A stretch of 64,000 bases of DNA from Candidatus Bathyarchaeota archaeon. GTDB taxonomy: Archaea > Thermoproteota > Bathyarchaeia > Bathyarchaeales > Bathycorpusculaceae. The stretch covers positions 96,001 through 160,000 of the forward strand of contig CAVTBV010000016.1 in assembly GCA_963733095.1 (NCBI GenBank), written 5' to 3'. Positions within the stretch are counted from its first letter, which is position 1. Every line of letters begins with the position of its first letter. Shown piece after piece: positions 9,836-20,097 of this stretch. The notes under the pieces are model-generated. The model had not been told where the DNA came from. It did not search any database and saw only the letters and a list, made by a program, of their open reading frames with translations. The position numbers and the translations under genes are program-made.

Positions 9836-10708
9836 TTATTTTTCTGTGGATTCGAGCATTTTGTACATAACATCGTAGGATTCTGCGAAGTCGCTGTCAG
9901 CGGCGGTTAGCTTCTTTTTGATTTGTTCCATTTTCTCGACTATTGCTTTTTGGTCTTTGTTTTTGATGAGGGTTAGCAGTTCTTGGGCTTTAGCCATAAA
10001 GAGGTCTTCGATTTCTCCAAGCCCCGACAGGTTTGTCTGTACGGCTGCATAGAGGTCGGGGGTTTCCAGTGCGGTTGCTTCTGCTAGGGTGAATAGCATT
10101 CGGTAGGTTGTGCCTGCGACTTTTTTTGTTTCAGGCAGGTTCTTTTGTTCCAGCAAGGTTTCGCATGCGACTAAGCCTAGAAAATGCGGCAACCCCAAAA
10201 CAACTGACATGAGTTCATCGTGTTTTTTGGGTGTCATGATGAAAACGTGGGCTTTTTCCTGTTCGAGCCATTGTTTGTATTTTTCCGCAAACTCCTGTTC
10301 CTTGCCGTTTGTCGGTGTTAGAACGTAGGCTTTGTGTTTGACGCCGTTGCTTCCTGGACCAAAAACTGGGTGTGTACCCAACACAGTGGCTTTTTTGATG
10401 TATTGGTGCATGGTGTTAACTGGTGTTTCCTTGATTGATGCAATGTCTATGACAAACTGTCCTTCATGCAATACTGGACTTATTTTTTTAACGACTTCTT
10501 CGATGGCGTTTATGGATACGCATAGGTAGATTTGGTCAGCGTCTTGGGCTGCTTCTTGGAAGTTTGTGGTTAAGTCCACCAGTAGATCTTTTAGATTTTC
10601 AAGTTTCTCTTTTTTTCTATCTGCTAAAACTACATCGTAATCTTTGGAGAGAAAAAATTTGGCGAACCAAACGCCCATTTTCCCCGCGCCGATTACGGCA
10701 ATTCTCAT
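9836..10708 (-). CDS. tyrA: Prephenate dehydrogenase
   Basis: GAGKMG Rossmann motif, DIASIK, HPVFGP, HDELMS. Confidence 0.93.
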   Translation of the reverse strand: MRIAVIGAGKMGVWFAKFFLSKDYDVVLADRKKEKLENLKDLLVDLTTNFQEAAQDADQIYLCVSINAIEEVVKKISPVLHEGQFVIDIASIKETPVNTMHQYIKKATVLGTHPVFGPGSNGVKHKAYVLTPTNGKEQEFAEKYKQWLEQEKAHVFIMTPKKHDELMSVVLGLPHFLGLVACETLLEQKNLPETKKVAGTTYRMLFTLAEATALETPDLYAAVQTNLSGLGEIEDLFMAKAQELLTLIKNKDQKAIVEKMEQIKKKLTAADSDFAESYDVMYKMLESTEK

Positions 10709-11787
10709 TGAGTTGCTGCCTCGCAGATTTTATTGAGCCCAACCTCGATTTGGTCGTCTGGCGCAGTTAGGGATATGCGGAAGTGCTCGTGGTAGTCGCC
10801 AAAAGCTGATCCTGGAGCAACAGCAACGCCCTTGTCAAGCAGGTTTAAGGTGAATTTCTCGCCGTCTAATCCGTCGAGTTTAGGAAACACGTAGAAGGGT
10901 GCGTCGGGTTTGGTGAATTTGAAGCCTGCCGCTGCGAGTTTGGTGCTTGCGAGGTCTGCGCGTTGTTTGTATTTTGTTTTGATGGCGGAGGCGATTTGTT
11001 TGTGCAGTTCTAAGCCTTTTAATGCGGCGTCTTGGATGAAGACGGGCACGTTGTTGATGGTTATTTGGTTGAGTTTGGTTACGTTGTCGATGAGCATTTT
11101 GTTTGCTATCAAGTAGCCTATGCGCCACCCAGTCATTGTGAATGTTTTGGAGAAGCCGTTTGAAAGGATATGCTTGCAGTCGCAGTCGTAGTCAAGGATG
11201 CTTTTGGTTTTCACGAAGCTGATTGCGCCGTACACTTCGTCGGAGAGGATGGTGACGCCTTTTTTGTTAGCTAACTCCACTATGCCATCGAGGGTTTTGT
11301 CGTCTATGGCTTTGCTTGTGGGGTTGTTTGGGTTGTTGAGGATAATCATTTTTGTTTCGCTGTCAATCAAGCCCTCAAGCTTGTCAAGGTGAATTTTCCA
11401 GCCGTCTTCCATTTCCGTCCGCAAAAGCTTGGTTTTCGCGCCAAAACTCTTCGCGATTAAATCGTAAGCTGTCCAGTATGGAGTAGGAATGATTACGTTG
11501 CCGCCGTTTTTGAGCATCAGAAACATCGTTGAGAATATCGCCCATTTTGAACCCGGCGTAATAACCACGTTCTCAGTTTTGACGCCGTGGACCTCTGCAA
11601 TTTTCTGCCTTAGCTTCAGCTCGCCATAAGAGGAGGAATACTTGGTTTTGCCAGCCTTCAAAGAAGCATACGCAGCTTCCACTATTTCGGGCGGCGTAGC
11701 TAAGTCTGGGTCACCCAGGTTTAGACGAATTATCTTTTTTCCTTCACTTTCAAGCTTGAGTGCTTTCTCGTTTATCTCGTAGAGCAT
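10705..11787 (-). CDS. Class I/II PLP aminotransferase (aromatic/aspartate)
   Basis: NNPNNPT, DEVY, SKTFTMTGWRIG; start placed at ATG 11787 behind a GGAGA SD. Confidence 0.9.
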   Translation of the reverse strand: MLYEINEKALKLESEGKKIIRLNLGDPDLATPPEIVEAAYASLKAGKTKYSSSYGELKLRQKIAEVHGVKTENVVITPGSKWAIFSTMFLMLKNGGNVIIPTPYWTAYDLIAKSFGAKTKLLRTEMEDGWKIHLDKLEGLIDSETKMIILNNPNNPTSKAIDDKTLDGIVELANKKGVTILSDEVYGAISFVKTKSILDYDCDCKHILSNGFSKTFTMTGWRIGYLIANKMLIDNVTKLNQITINNVPVFIQDAALKGLELHKQIASAIKTKYKQRADLASTKLAAAGFKFTKPDAPFYVFPKLDGLDGEKFTLNLLDKGVAVAPGSAFGDYHEHFRISLTAPDDQIEVGLNKICEAATQ

Positions 11788-11813
11788 TTCATCGAAATCT
11801 CCATTAAGAGCTT

Positions 11814-12074
11814 TTATTCTTGAACCGCACTGCACATATTAACTATTTCGCGGTAAACTGCTTCAATTTGACCAGCATCAAGACCGAATTCGGTTCCTTT
11901 TGATCTAATCCGCGTGTAGACATCATTTTCCCTTGACGTGTCTCGAACGGGTTTTCCTTGCTTCTTCTTTGCAGCCCCGATGGTTTTGCATATGTTAACC
12001 CGTTGGCATAAGGCGCTTAGGATTTGGTCGTCGATTTCGTCGATTTTTTTTCTGAGACTTGAAAGTTCATCCAT
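11814..12074 (-). CDS. aroQ: Chorismate mutase (AroQ type)
   Basis: LRKKIDEIDDQIL...R...IG..K......D..RE signature. Confidence 0.92.
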   Translation of the reverse strand: MDELSSLRKKIDEIDDQILSALCQRVNICKTIGAAKKKQGKPVRDTSRENDVYTRIRSKGTEFGLDAGQIEAVYREIVNMCSAVQE

Positions 12075-12076
12075 GT

Positions 12077-13180
12077 TTAATGCTCCTTGAGGATTTGGGG
12101 AATGTAGCCTTTGCGGATCAGGTGGTCAGCTAAGGTTATGGCAACCGCTGCTTCGATGGCGGGCACTGCTTTTGGAACCACACAAGGGTCATGTCTACCT
12201 TTAACATTCAAAGAGGCATTCTCCATCTTGTACATGTCAACGGTCGTCTGTTCCTTAGCGATTGAGGGCGTGGGCTTTATTGCTGCTCGAATCAAAATCG
12301 GCATGCCGCTTGACAAACCGCCCAGAATGCCACCTGCATTCTCCGTTGCAGTAACAACCTTGCCGTTTTTCACAAGATAAGCATCGTTGTTCTCTGAGCC
12401 CCGCAAACGTGCAGCCCCAAAGCCAACACCGAATTCAACCCCTTTTACAGCGGGAACAGCAAACACTGCCTTCGCTAAATCAGCATCCAACGCATCAAAC
12501 AGCGGCTCACCAACCCCGACAGGCATGTTTAGCACGACACATTCAACTATGCCGCCCAGGCTGTCGCCTTCTTTTTTAGCTTCGACGATGGTTTCTTCCA
12601 TCTTTTCTGCGCAGGCTAAGTCGGGGCAACGGGTCGCGGCTGCGTAGCGGTTTTTGCGGATTTCGGAGAAACTAAACTGCCGTTGGCTTTTAACGTTGCC
12701 AATGGCTAAGGTGTAAGCTAAAACATCAACATTGTACCTGCTGAGCAGTTTTTTGGCTATGGTGCCAGCCATTATGAGGGCAACTGTGACTCTGCCTGAG
12801 AAGCGTCCGCCGCCTCGGTAATCGTTAAAGCCGCCATATCTGACGCGCGCCGGGTAATCTGAGTGTCCAGGTCGTGGCAGGTCTTTTATGGCTTCGTAAT
12901 CGCTGGATTGGGTCTCTTTGTTCTCAACCATCAGAGCGATTGGAGCACCAGTCGTTAACCTGTTAAAGACGCCTGAGAGAATTTGGGCTTTGTCTTTTTC
13001 GACCCGAGCAGAAACAATTTTGGGCTCAGCTGGAATTCTGAGGTCAAGTTCCTCCTGAAAATCAGCTTCCGAGAGCGGCAAGCCAGCTGGGCAACCATCC
13101 ACAACGACGCCGACGACTTTGCCGTGGCTCTCCCCAAACGTTGTAACAATGAATTCTTTACCTATCGAATTTCCCGCCAA
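12077..13180 (-). CDS. aroC: Chorismate synthase
   Basis: TTFGESHG, RPGH, GGGRFSGR, KPTPSI, GRHDPC. Confidence 0.97.
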   Translation of the reverse strand: MAGNSIGKEFIVTTFGESHGKVVGVVVDGCPAGLPLSEADFQEELDLRIPAEPKIVSARVEKDKAQILSGVFNRLTTGAPIALMVENKETQSSDYEAIKDLPRPGHSDYPARVRYGGFNDYRGGGRFSGRVTVALIMAGTIAKKLLSRYNVDVLAYTLAIGNVKSQRQFSFSEIRKNRYAAATRCPDLACAEKMEETIVEAKKEGDSLGGIVECVVLNMPVGVGEPLFDALDADLAKAVFAVPAVKGVEFGVGFGAARLRGSENNDAYLVKNGKVVTATENAGGILGGLSSGMPILIRAAIKPTPSIAKEQTTVDMYKMENASLNVKGRHDPCVVPKAVPAIEAAVAITLADHLIRKGYIPQILKEH

Positions 13181-14456
13181 CTAAGTTAGCTCCTAGTTGT
13201 TTTAGATGAGTAAAGAACTGCGGATAAGACTTTCTGACGCACTCGGCGTTTTGGATTGTTGTTTCTCCTTCTGCGCCTAAAGCGGCGACTGCGCATGCCA
13301 TCGCAATCCGGTGGTCGTTATGGGAATTTATGACCGCACCATGTAGAGGCGAACCACCCTCTATGATTAAACCGTCATTGCTGATTGTGATTTGTGCCCC
13401 CATCTTTGTTAGTTCAAGGTAGAGTGATTCAAGTCGGTCGGATTCCTTGAGGCGAAGCCTGTGGGCGCCAAAAATGTGGGAGAGCCCTTTTGAGTAGCAT
13501 GCAAGAACCGCTATTGCTGGGACAAGGTCAAGAATGTTCTTGGCGTCTATCTCTAAAGGTCTAAGAGCTGAACCTGTGCCTTCGATCTCAACATTATCCT
13601 CGCAGACTTTCCCGTTAACACCCATGTGTTTTAGGATGCCCATGATGGCCTTGTCACCCTGAACACTGCTATAACTAAGGTTGTTTATTTGGACTTTAGA
13701 AGTGGTTATGGCTGCGGCGGCGAGGAGAAAAGCGGCTGAGGAAAAATCGCCCGGAACTCTGCCGTCTTGAGGTGTGTAGGTTTGGTTTGCTGGGATATGA
13801 ATGTGGTTTTCATGGGCAGGCACCTTAATTCCATGGTTAACAAGGACCACTTCGGTCATTTTTACGTAGTCCGCGGACTCCAACGGCGAAGTCAGCATTA
13901 TTTCCGTGTCCACCTTAGCCATTGGACAGGCAAACATCAAGCCAGAAATAAACTGTGAGCTAACATCGCCCGCAATGAAGGTTTCACCCCCGACAATTCC
14001 GTCACCTTCAACGAAAACTGCGTCTTTGCCTTCGAGTTTTCCAATTTCGGCGTTAGCCCCGAGTTCTTTGAGGCTTGCCAACAAAGGAGCCACAGGACGT
14101 TTCTCAATGGAACCCTTAAACACCAAGGTCGAAGGACCATTCGCAAGTGCAGACACAGGAATCATGAAACGCAAAGTCGCACCTGATTCACCACAGTCGA
14201 TTGGCTCCTTTGCGCATTTAAGCGGCAACGCTCCTTTAATTGTCCAGCAGCCCTCTGCAACCGTCACTTTTGCACCCAAAGCTGTAACAGCTCGAAGTGT
14301 GGCTTCTGTGTCGTCGGATAAGAGTGGATTTGATACCTTGGATGTGCCGTGGGAGAGGGCAGCGGCGATTACCATTCTCTGTGTGTAGGACTTTGAGGGT
14401 GGCGCACAAACTTGGCCGCTTAACTTTTCGGTTTTTTTAATTTTTACATCAGTCAT
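13158..14456 (-). CDS. aroA: EPSP synthase
   Basis: PPSKS, GESGATLR, SSQF, LRLKESDR, DHRIAM, KSYP; start placed at ATG 14456. Confidence 0.96.
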   Translation of the reverse strand: MTDVKIKKTEKLSGQVCAPPSKSYTQRMVIAAALSHGTSKVSNPLLSDDTEATLRAVTALGAKVTVAEGCWTIKGALPLKCAKEPIDCGESGATLRFMIPVSALANGPSTLVFKGSIEKRPVAPLLASLKELGANAEIGKLEGKDAVFVEGDGIVGGETFIAGDVSSQFISGLMFACPMAKVDTEIMLTSPLESADYVKMTEVVLVNHGIKVPAHENHIHIPANQTYTPQDGRVPGDFSSAAFLLAAAAITTSKVQINNLSYSSVQGDKAIMGILKHMGVNGKVCEDNVEIEGTGSALRPLEIDAKNILDLVPAIAVLACYSKGLSHIFGAHRLRLKESDRLESLYLELTKMGAQITISNDGLIIEGGSPLHGAVINSHNDHRIAMACAVAALGAEGETTIQNAECVRKSYPQFFTHLKQLGANLVGGKFDR

Positions 14457-15327
14457 TAAAATACACCTTGGCTTTTTCACAGTTCAATTTTGTCTGCAAG
14501 ATTTCGCCTTCATACTTTTGCAGAGCGGCTTTAACTGAATCAGCCTTGTCTTTGGGAACTACAGCGGTTACCGCTGGTCCTTTGCCGCACAACCCAGCCG
14601 CCACTGCCCCAGCCGCCAATGCATCGATGGCGATTGCGGGGTTGAAGTTGCATGCTGAAGAGTAAATCAGGCCATTTAGAGTGAGGGCTTCCCAAACCTT
14701 GCCTTCCAAAGCCTTCTCAAACGCTATTTCGACAAGGGGCTTGACAGTTTTGAGCCTGTTAACGTTTGAGTCTGCGGTGTAGGCTTTTTCTGGCGGCACA
14801 TGAAAGAGCACACTTAAGTCTTCTTGCAACGGCATCTGTTTGATTATTTCCCGTTTCAGGTTATCAGTAACCACTATGCCGCCGAAGTATGAAGCGCAAG
14901 CATCATCGAACGCGCCTGTCACAGTGACTTTTGCGTCAAAAGCTGCTTCAACACCTATCTTGACGATTTCTAAGTCATCGAGTTTTTTGCCAAGCGCCGT
15001 CGTGGTTGCTAGGGCAGTTGCGTTTGCGGCGGCGCTACTGCTTTTGAGTCCCTTGGCGATGGGGATGCTTGAGCGGGTTTTAATTTTTACGCCAAAACTC
15101 TTTTCTAAACTGAATCTTTGCAGGACACGTGCCGCTGTTTTTTCGATGAGAAGTGTGCTTTCTTTTGGGTCAGATACAATTTCTGCGTTGATAACGCCTG
15201 GTTCGTCGGTTAGTTTGACTTCTGCTTTAGTCCACAAATCCACACCAAACGCTGCACCCTTCCCAAGTGCAATCGCGTTAACGATTGTGGCAGCTCCATG
15301 GGTAATTGCAGTTGCTTTCCCAGTCAA
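14449..15327 (-). CDS. aroK: Archaeal (GHMP-family) shikimate kinase
   Basis: HGAATIVNAIA, PIAKGLKSSSA, TGAFDDA. Confidence 0.95.
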   Translation of the reverse strand: MTGKATAITHGAATIVNAIALGKGAAFGVDLWTKAEVKLTDEPGVINAEIVSDPKESTLLIEKTAARVLQRFSLEKSFGVKIKTRSSIPIAKGLKSSSAAANATALATTTALGKKLDDLEIVKIGVEAAFDAKVTVTGAFDDACASYFGGIVVTDNLKREIIKQMPLQEDLSVLFHVPPEKAYTADSNVNRLKTVKPLVEIAFEKALEGKVWEALTLNGLIYSSACNFNPAIAIDALAAGAVAAGLCGKGPAVTAVVPKDKADSVKAALQKYEGEILQTKLNCEKAKVYFND

Positions 15328-15329
15328 TT

Positions 15330-16187
15330 TTACACCTTCTGCAAATGATTAAGCGCCGCCTGCCTCATAACTTCAACCGGAGCAGACTTACCCGTCCAAA
15401 GCTCAAAGGATGCGGCACCCTGATAAATCAACATCTCAACCCCACTTACCACCTTAGCTCCTGCAGCTTTCGCCTCCTTAGCAAGTTTGGTCTCAAGCGG
15501 GTTGTAGACTATATCCATTACCGACAAATCGGGTCTTAAGAGTTTAGGACTCACAAGGCTTTCGTCTGCTTTGGGTTTCATACCGATTGAAGTGGCATTT
15601 ATGAGAATATCTGAGTCTTGGAGGTTCTGCTGTATTTCTTTTGGTGAAATTGAGCCTGCAACTATTTTTTTGTTCACAGTCTTTTCAAGCAGTTTTGCTA
15701 ATGCTTGGGCTTGTTTTATGGTTCGGTTAAGAACTGCTAGTTCATCGGCTTCTTTAGCCATCGTGTACGCTATAGCTCTTGCAGCGCCGCCTGCACCAAG
15801 TAAAAGAACTTTTCTGCCCTTTGGCTCCACGCCGTTTTCTCTTAGAGCTTTTAGGGCACCTACGCCGTCTGTGTTGAACCCGAAAAGTTTGCTATCTTTG
15901 TTTAGGATTGTGTTGACCGAATTTACGATTTGAGCAGATAGGTCTGTTCGGTCTAAATACTTCAACACTGTGCTTTTATGGGGCATGGTTACGTTTAAGC
16001 CCCGCACATTTAGGGCACGCATGCCATTTACAGCGTTTTCTACTGCTTTTGGCTTTACTTTGAAAGCTAAAAATGCGTAGTCGAGGCTGAGAGCATTAAA
16101 TGCGGCATTGTGCATGATGGGGCTTAATGTGTGCTCTATAGGGTCACCGATGACTCCGCAAACCCTTGTTTTCCCCGTAATGTTCAT
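15330..16187 (-). CDS. aroE: Shikimate dehydrogenase
   Basis: SPIMHN, NVTMPHK, NTD, GAGGAARA, DIVY. Confidence 0.96.
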   Translation of the reverse strand: MNITGKTRVCGVIGDPIEHTLSPIMHNAAFNALSLDYAFLAFKVKPKAVENAVNGMRALNVRGLNVTMPHKSTVLKYLDRTDLSAQIVNSVNTILNKDSKLFGFNTDGVGALKALRENGVEPKGRKVLLLGAGGAARAIAYTMAKEADELAVLNRTIKQAQALAKLLEKTVNKKIVAGSISPKEIQQNLQDSDILINATSIGMKPKADESLVSPKLLRPDLSVMDIVYNPLETKLAKEAKAAGAKVVSGVEMLIYQGAASFELWTGKSAPVEVMRQAALNHLQKV

Positions 16188-16870
16188 TGTTTTATCCCCA
16201 AAAGACCATAAACAGTGTGCATTTCATTTATGCTCATCTGCCCAACCGCGGTTTCACTGCCTTGCTCGAGTGAGGCGAAGGTAAAAAGGGAACCGAACAC
16301 AGGGGAGAGCAACCTTGAGATTTTACCGTGTTCGCCCATGCAGAAGCAGACGAGTTGTGCCTTACATGAAGCAAAAGAAACAAAGCTCAAAACGGGCAGG
16401 TTGTCTTCGACCTGTTTAGCCGTTGTCACAATCTTGCAGATGCTGGCTCCGCTGGCAATCTCATCATCAAGAACTTTCTCCATAGCGGAAACACTAAGTA
16501 CGCCGTTGAATTTGTGGTAGGAAACGATTGTTTTTGTCCCCAACTGCTTGAGTTGGCTGATTGTGTCTTTATGCTTTGGGCTTGTTAGGTTAACGTCAAT
16601 GTATTCAAAACCGCTCTTGGCGGCAAATAGCAGAGTTTGTTGCCACTCGGATTCTGTTCCTTGGAAGTATCCTTTTTCGCTTTGAAGTTTGTTTGCGGCG
16701 ATTAAGGGGATTTTTGTACTTGCTGAAAGGTCAGATAGATTTCTGGAGACTTCAAGGCAGTCGAGTCTTACTTCAATAAGGTCTGCTTCGGCTTGCTCTG
16801 CCTTCTCAATTAGATTTAACGCTTCAAGGTTGTTTTTTGGGAGAATCGAAACGCAGATTCTCGGAGTCAC
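16184..16870 (-). CDS. aroD: Type I 3-dehydroquinate dehydratase
   Basis: ADLIEVRLD, SYH, CKIV, MGEHGKISR, AVGQ. Confidence 0.92.
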   Translation of the reverse strand: MTPRICVSILPKNNLEALNLIEKAEQAEADLIEVRLDCLEVSRNLSDLSASTKIPLIAANKLQSEKGYFQGTESEWQQTLLFAAKSGFEYIDVNLTSPKHKDTISQLKQLGTKTIVSYHKFNGVLSVSAMEKVLDDEIASGASICKIVTTAKQVEDNLPVLSFVSFASCKAQLVCFCMGEHGKISRLLSPVFGSLFTFASLEQGSETAVGQMSINEMHTVYGLLGIKQ

Positions 16871-17889
16871 TTTTCAATCACCGTTTCTTCAGGCACAGAT
16901 ATCCCGAAGTGTCTTCCTCCCTTCGCCGCTAAATACACAAGGACTTCGTCGTTGGGTCTGAGTTCGGTTACGGGTTTAGAGGCTTTGGTGGTAACTAGGC
17001 GGATGGTTTCTGCGTTTTGAAGAATCGTCTTTATCACTTTGCTGTCTACCTGGGCTTCTACTAAGATAAGAGGTCTGATTTCAATTTTTATGCGACCCAC
17101 GTTTCCAGTTCGTGTCTTGCCTTCACGGTTGACGATTACAACTTCGTCGCCCGCCTTGAATTCTTGCAGGTAACGGGTTGTTTGCAAGTTGCCTAAAGTG
17201 TACATGGATAATGACCCAGCGTTTACTCTGAAGGGTCGTGAGGCAACATAGGGGTTCTCACTTACTTCCGCTTCGATTAAGAATAATCCGGCACTTTGGC
17301 TTCCGACAAGAATGCCTTCGCCCTGCTTCATCAATTCACAAGTATCCACGCAGACCCTTGCACCTGTGCCGATTGGCTTTGTGGAAACGATTTTGGCAAT
17401 TGCCATTTCCAGTTTTAGTGCTTCAGGTTTAACGATGGCGACGGTTTTTAGGATTTCATCTTGGTCTGAAGTCTTTAGCAAGACGCCGTCGGTTCCCAAT
17501 TCAAGGGTTTCAAGCGCCACTTTTGCTTCTTCTGCGTTGGTGACTTCGGCGATTAGTTTGCTTTTACCTTTTATTCGGGCAATCAGGTTTTCTAAGGGGA
17601 TAACTCGCCAGTTTGCACAACTGACGACTAAGTAATTTGCTCCCAGTTGGGCTACTTTGACTGTCAGGTTCTCGGTTTCTTTGTCGCTTATGCATATTCT
17701 TAAAACCTTTTGACCCTTGAGCCCATTTAGGGTATCTTCAACTTTGGGTACTATAATGTTAAGGGTTTCTTTGGTAGCCAAAAAAGTGGCAGTATTTCCC
17801 TCAACGACTGCGTCGGCGTATTGAGAGACAAGCGGATTTAGGGCTTCTTTTCCGTCGCTTTCTGACTCTATCCAAAGTTCCTTCAACAT
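16867..17889 (-). CDS. aroB': 3-dehydroquinate synthase II (archaeal, MJ1249-type)
   Basis: WRVIPLENLIA, RVCVDTC, RPFRVNAG, GRIKIEIRPL, LQNAETIRLV, GRHFG. Confidence 0.94.
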   Translation of the reverse strand: MLKELWIESESDGKEALNPLVSQYADAVVEGNTATFLATKETLNIIVPKVEDTLNGLKGQKVLRICISDKETENLTVKVAQLGANYLVVSCANWRVIPLENLIARIKGKSKLIAEVTNAEEAKVALETLELGTDGVLLKTSDQDEILKTVAIVKPEALKLEMAIAKIVSTKPIGTGARVCVDTCELMKQGEGILVGSQSAGLFLIEAEVSENPYVASRPFRVNAGSLSMYTLGNLQTTRYLQEFKAGDEVVIVNREGKTRTGNVGRIKIEIRPLILVEAQVDSKVIKTILQNAETIRLVTTKASKPVTELRPNDEVLVYLAAKGGRHFGISVPEETVIEK

Positions 17890-18674
17890 TTCTCACCGAG
17901 AATCTTTAGTGCTTGTTCAACCGTTGCGTTTTGGTGGACGATGGCTGATAGTGCTTTTGCTATTTGGGTTGGTTTTTCGCATTGGAACACGTTTCGTCCG
18001 ATGGAGAGTCCTGCGGCTCCAGCTTTCATCGAATCGCTTGTGGTTTGGAGGACTTCCTCTAAGGATTTGCATTTTGGTCCACCCGCGATGACTACTGGAA
18101 CTGGGCAGCTTTCAACTACTGCTTTGAATGTTTCTATGTTGCCTGTGTAGTTAGTTTTGATTATGTCTGCGCCGAGTTCTGCGCCTATTCTTGCTGCGTG
18201 GGCAACGACGTCTGGTGCATGTTCATTTTGGATCCTTGGTCCCCGTGGATACATCATGGCTAAGAGGGGAATTCCGTAAATGTCGCATTCCTCTGAGACT
18301 TTGCCCAGGTTCTGGAGCATTTTGTCCTCATCTTGTGCGCCGACGTTAACGTGCACAGAGACGGCGTCTGCTCCGATGCGGATGGCTTCTTGGACGCTAC
18401 AGACTTGGACTTTTGCGTTTAAGTTGGGGCTAAGATTCGACATGCCCGACAACATCACGATTAAGCCTGCACCGTCAACTTCGATGCTTTTTGCTATGCC
18501 CTTGTGGACAAGGATAGCGTCTACTTTGCCCTCTACAAGTTTGTTAGTTATCTGTTGCATGTTGGTTATGCCCTGTATGGGTCCAATAGTTACGCCATGG
18601 TCCATAGGAACGATTATTGTGTGGTTGTCTTTCTGCATGATTTTTCTTAGTCTGCGGGTTTTTCCTGTATTCAT
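17883..18674 (-). CDS. aroA': 2-amino-3,7-dideoxy-D-threo-hept-6-ulosonate synthase (MJ0400-type class I aldolase)
   Basis: PMDHG, HKG, AMMYPRG, GADIIKT, AGGPK, GRNVFQ; adjacent to aroB'. Confidence 0.92.
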   Translation of the reverse strand: MNTGKTRRLRKIMQKDNHTIIVPMDHGVTIGPIQGITNMQQITNKLVEGKVDAILVHKGIAKSIEVDGAGLIVMLSGMSNLSPNLNAKVQVCSVQEAIRIGADAVSVHVNVGAQDEDKMLQNLGKVSEECDIYGIPLLAMMYPRGPRIQNEHAPDVVAHAARIGAELGADIIKTNYTGNIETFKAVVESCPVPVVIAGGPKCKSLEEVLQTTSDSMKAGAAGLSIGRNVFQCEKPTQIAKALSAIVHQNATVEQALKILGEKC

Positions 18675-18684
18675 TTTCTTCCAC

Positions 18685-19920
18685 CTAGTGTGTTTTCAGT
18701 GAGTTTTTAATTAACTTTAATGCTTTTTCTTTATCATTCCAATCTACAAAAAGTAGAATACTCGAAGTAATGGTCAGTATGCCTGAGATGTTTATGCCTG
18801 CTAAGCGGAGGTCTTCGCTGATTTTGCCGATTATGCCGTGTGTTTCTTCTAAGCCGACTCCGCTGGTTTTGAGGAAGACAAGGTCTTTTTTAACTGCCAT
18901 GGCTATGGTTTCTTTGTTGCTTATTGTTATTTTGTGGATTTGGTTGAAGAGCACATCGATGTTTTTTTCTTGGGGAACATAGAGAATTATAGAGTTTGTG
19001 TTCATCGACATACCCAATAACATGGAGTATTCTTTTACTTTCTCAATCATTTCGTTAATGACTACTGGGTTAGCGGATATGCCGTTTCCAATCACCGTTA
19101 TCTCTGCAACAGGGGTTTGGTGAGAGATTTCTGCATCTAACTCTGTAGCTAAGCCTCCTTTGATTAAGGTGCCTTCGCTACTTAAGTCGCAATGTGCATT
19201 GCTGATTACTTTAACATCGATGTCTTTGGGTTTGTACTTGAGCGCTTTGCTATGGATGAATTTGGCGCCTGAATCTGCCAAGCCAACTAGGGTTGTAACG
19301 TTGATTTCTGGAAGCAGTTTGGGGGACGAGATGATTTTGGGGTCACTTGACATTATGCCATCTGCATCAGTCACCAAGACAACTTGGTCTGCATTAATAC
19401 CCTGTGCCAATATAAACGCGGTTGTGTCACTTCCGCCTCTGCCCAAAGTGGTGATTTTGCCGTTTTTAGTTTTTCCGACAAACCCTGCAATGACAGGAAT
19501 GATTCCTGATTCGACAAACGGAAGGATACATTCTTTGATGTTTTTCTCGCATTCCCGAACGATTGGATTGGCGTTTTGGAATGAGTCATCGGTGATTATT
19601 GGCCATTTGTTATCCATGGGGTCAAAGTAGCATGCGTCTACACCATTGCTCTTCAGTGCGGCGGCGAATATTCGTACGCTTGTACGTTCGCCCATCGATA
19701 GGATATCATCTAATTCATGTTTTTGCAGTTTCCCATTTGAAGTATTCTTAGCCGTGGTCATCAGGACATCGGTTGTTTTGCCCATAGCGGAAACTACTAC
19801 AGCGATTTTGGTGCCTTTTTTGGCTTCGTTTACGACGGCGACGACGGCTTTGAGGAGCCTTTCATGGTCGGCAAGGCTAGAGCCACCGAATTTTACAACT
19901 ATCTTTTTGTTACTCTGCAT
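18685..19920 (-). CDS. Aspartate kinase (first gene of the aromatic operon)
   Basis: VVKFGGSS, VVSAMG, TLGRGGSDTTA, GAK; C-terminal ACT-like region. Confidence 0.9.
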   Translation of the reverse strand: MQSNKKIVVKFGGSSLADHERLLKAVVAVVNEAKKGTKIAVVVSAMGKTTDVLMTTAKNTSNGKLQKHELDDILSMGERTSVRIFAAALKSNGVDACYFDPMDNKWPIITDDSFQNANPIVRECEKNIKECILPFVESGIIPVIAGFVGKTKNGKITTLGRGGSDTTAFILAQGINADQVVLVTDADGIMSSDPKIISSPKLLPEINVTTLVGLADSGAKFIHSKALKYKPKDIDVKVISNAHCDLSSEGTLIKGGLATELDAEISHQTPVAEITVIGNGISANPVVINEMIEKVKEYSMLLGMSMNTNSIILYVPQEKNIDVLFNQIHKITISNKETIAMAVKKDLVFLKTSGVGLEETHGIIGKISEDLRLAGINISGILTITSSILLFVDWNDKEKALKLIKNSLKTH

Positions 19921-19977
19921 GTTGGTGCCCCCGTGTTTCGCCCAGAACCGCTACCAAAAAATTTTTCAGCTCTGGGC
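19921..19977 (-). promoter_or_regulatory. Attenuator-like RNA switch between leader peptide and aspartokinase
   Basis: 11-bp stem GCCCAGAGCUG/CGGUUCUGGGC starts right after the leader stop, with an A5U6-containing loop. An alternative UUGGU-A-GC-GG-UUCUG/CGGGG-GC-ACCAA stem would cover the GGGGG SD. Confidence 0.7.
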
Positions 19978-20064
19978 CTAATGAAAATGGTAATAATAAA
20001 AGTAGTAGTCGAAGCTGGGAAACTGTAACGCAATGAGTCCATTTTTGTTTTCAGCATTAGACAT
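19978..20064 (-). CDS. Putative Phe/Tyr-sensing leader peptide, 28 aa (MSNAENKNGLIALQFPSFDYYFYYYHFH)
   Basis: 9 of the last 14 codons are Phe/Tyr; lies between a BRE/TATA and the aromatic operon. Confidence 0.8.
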   Translation of the reverse strand: MSNAENKNGLIALQFPSFDYYFYYYHFH

Positions 20065-20097
20065 TGCTTCGAACCTGTCCAAACAGTCATCTGCCAA

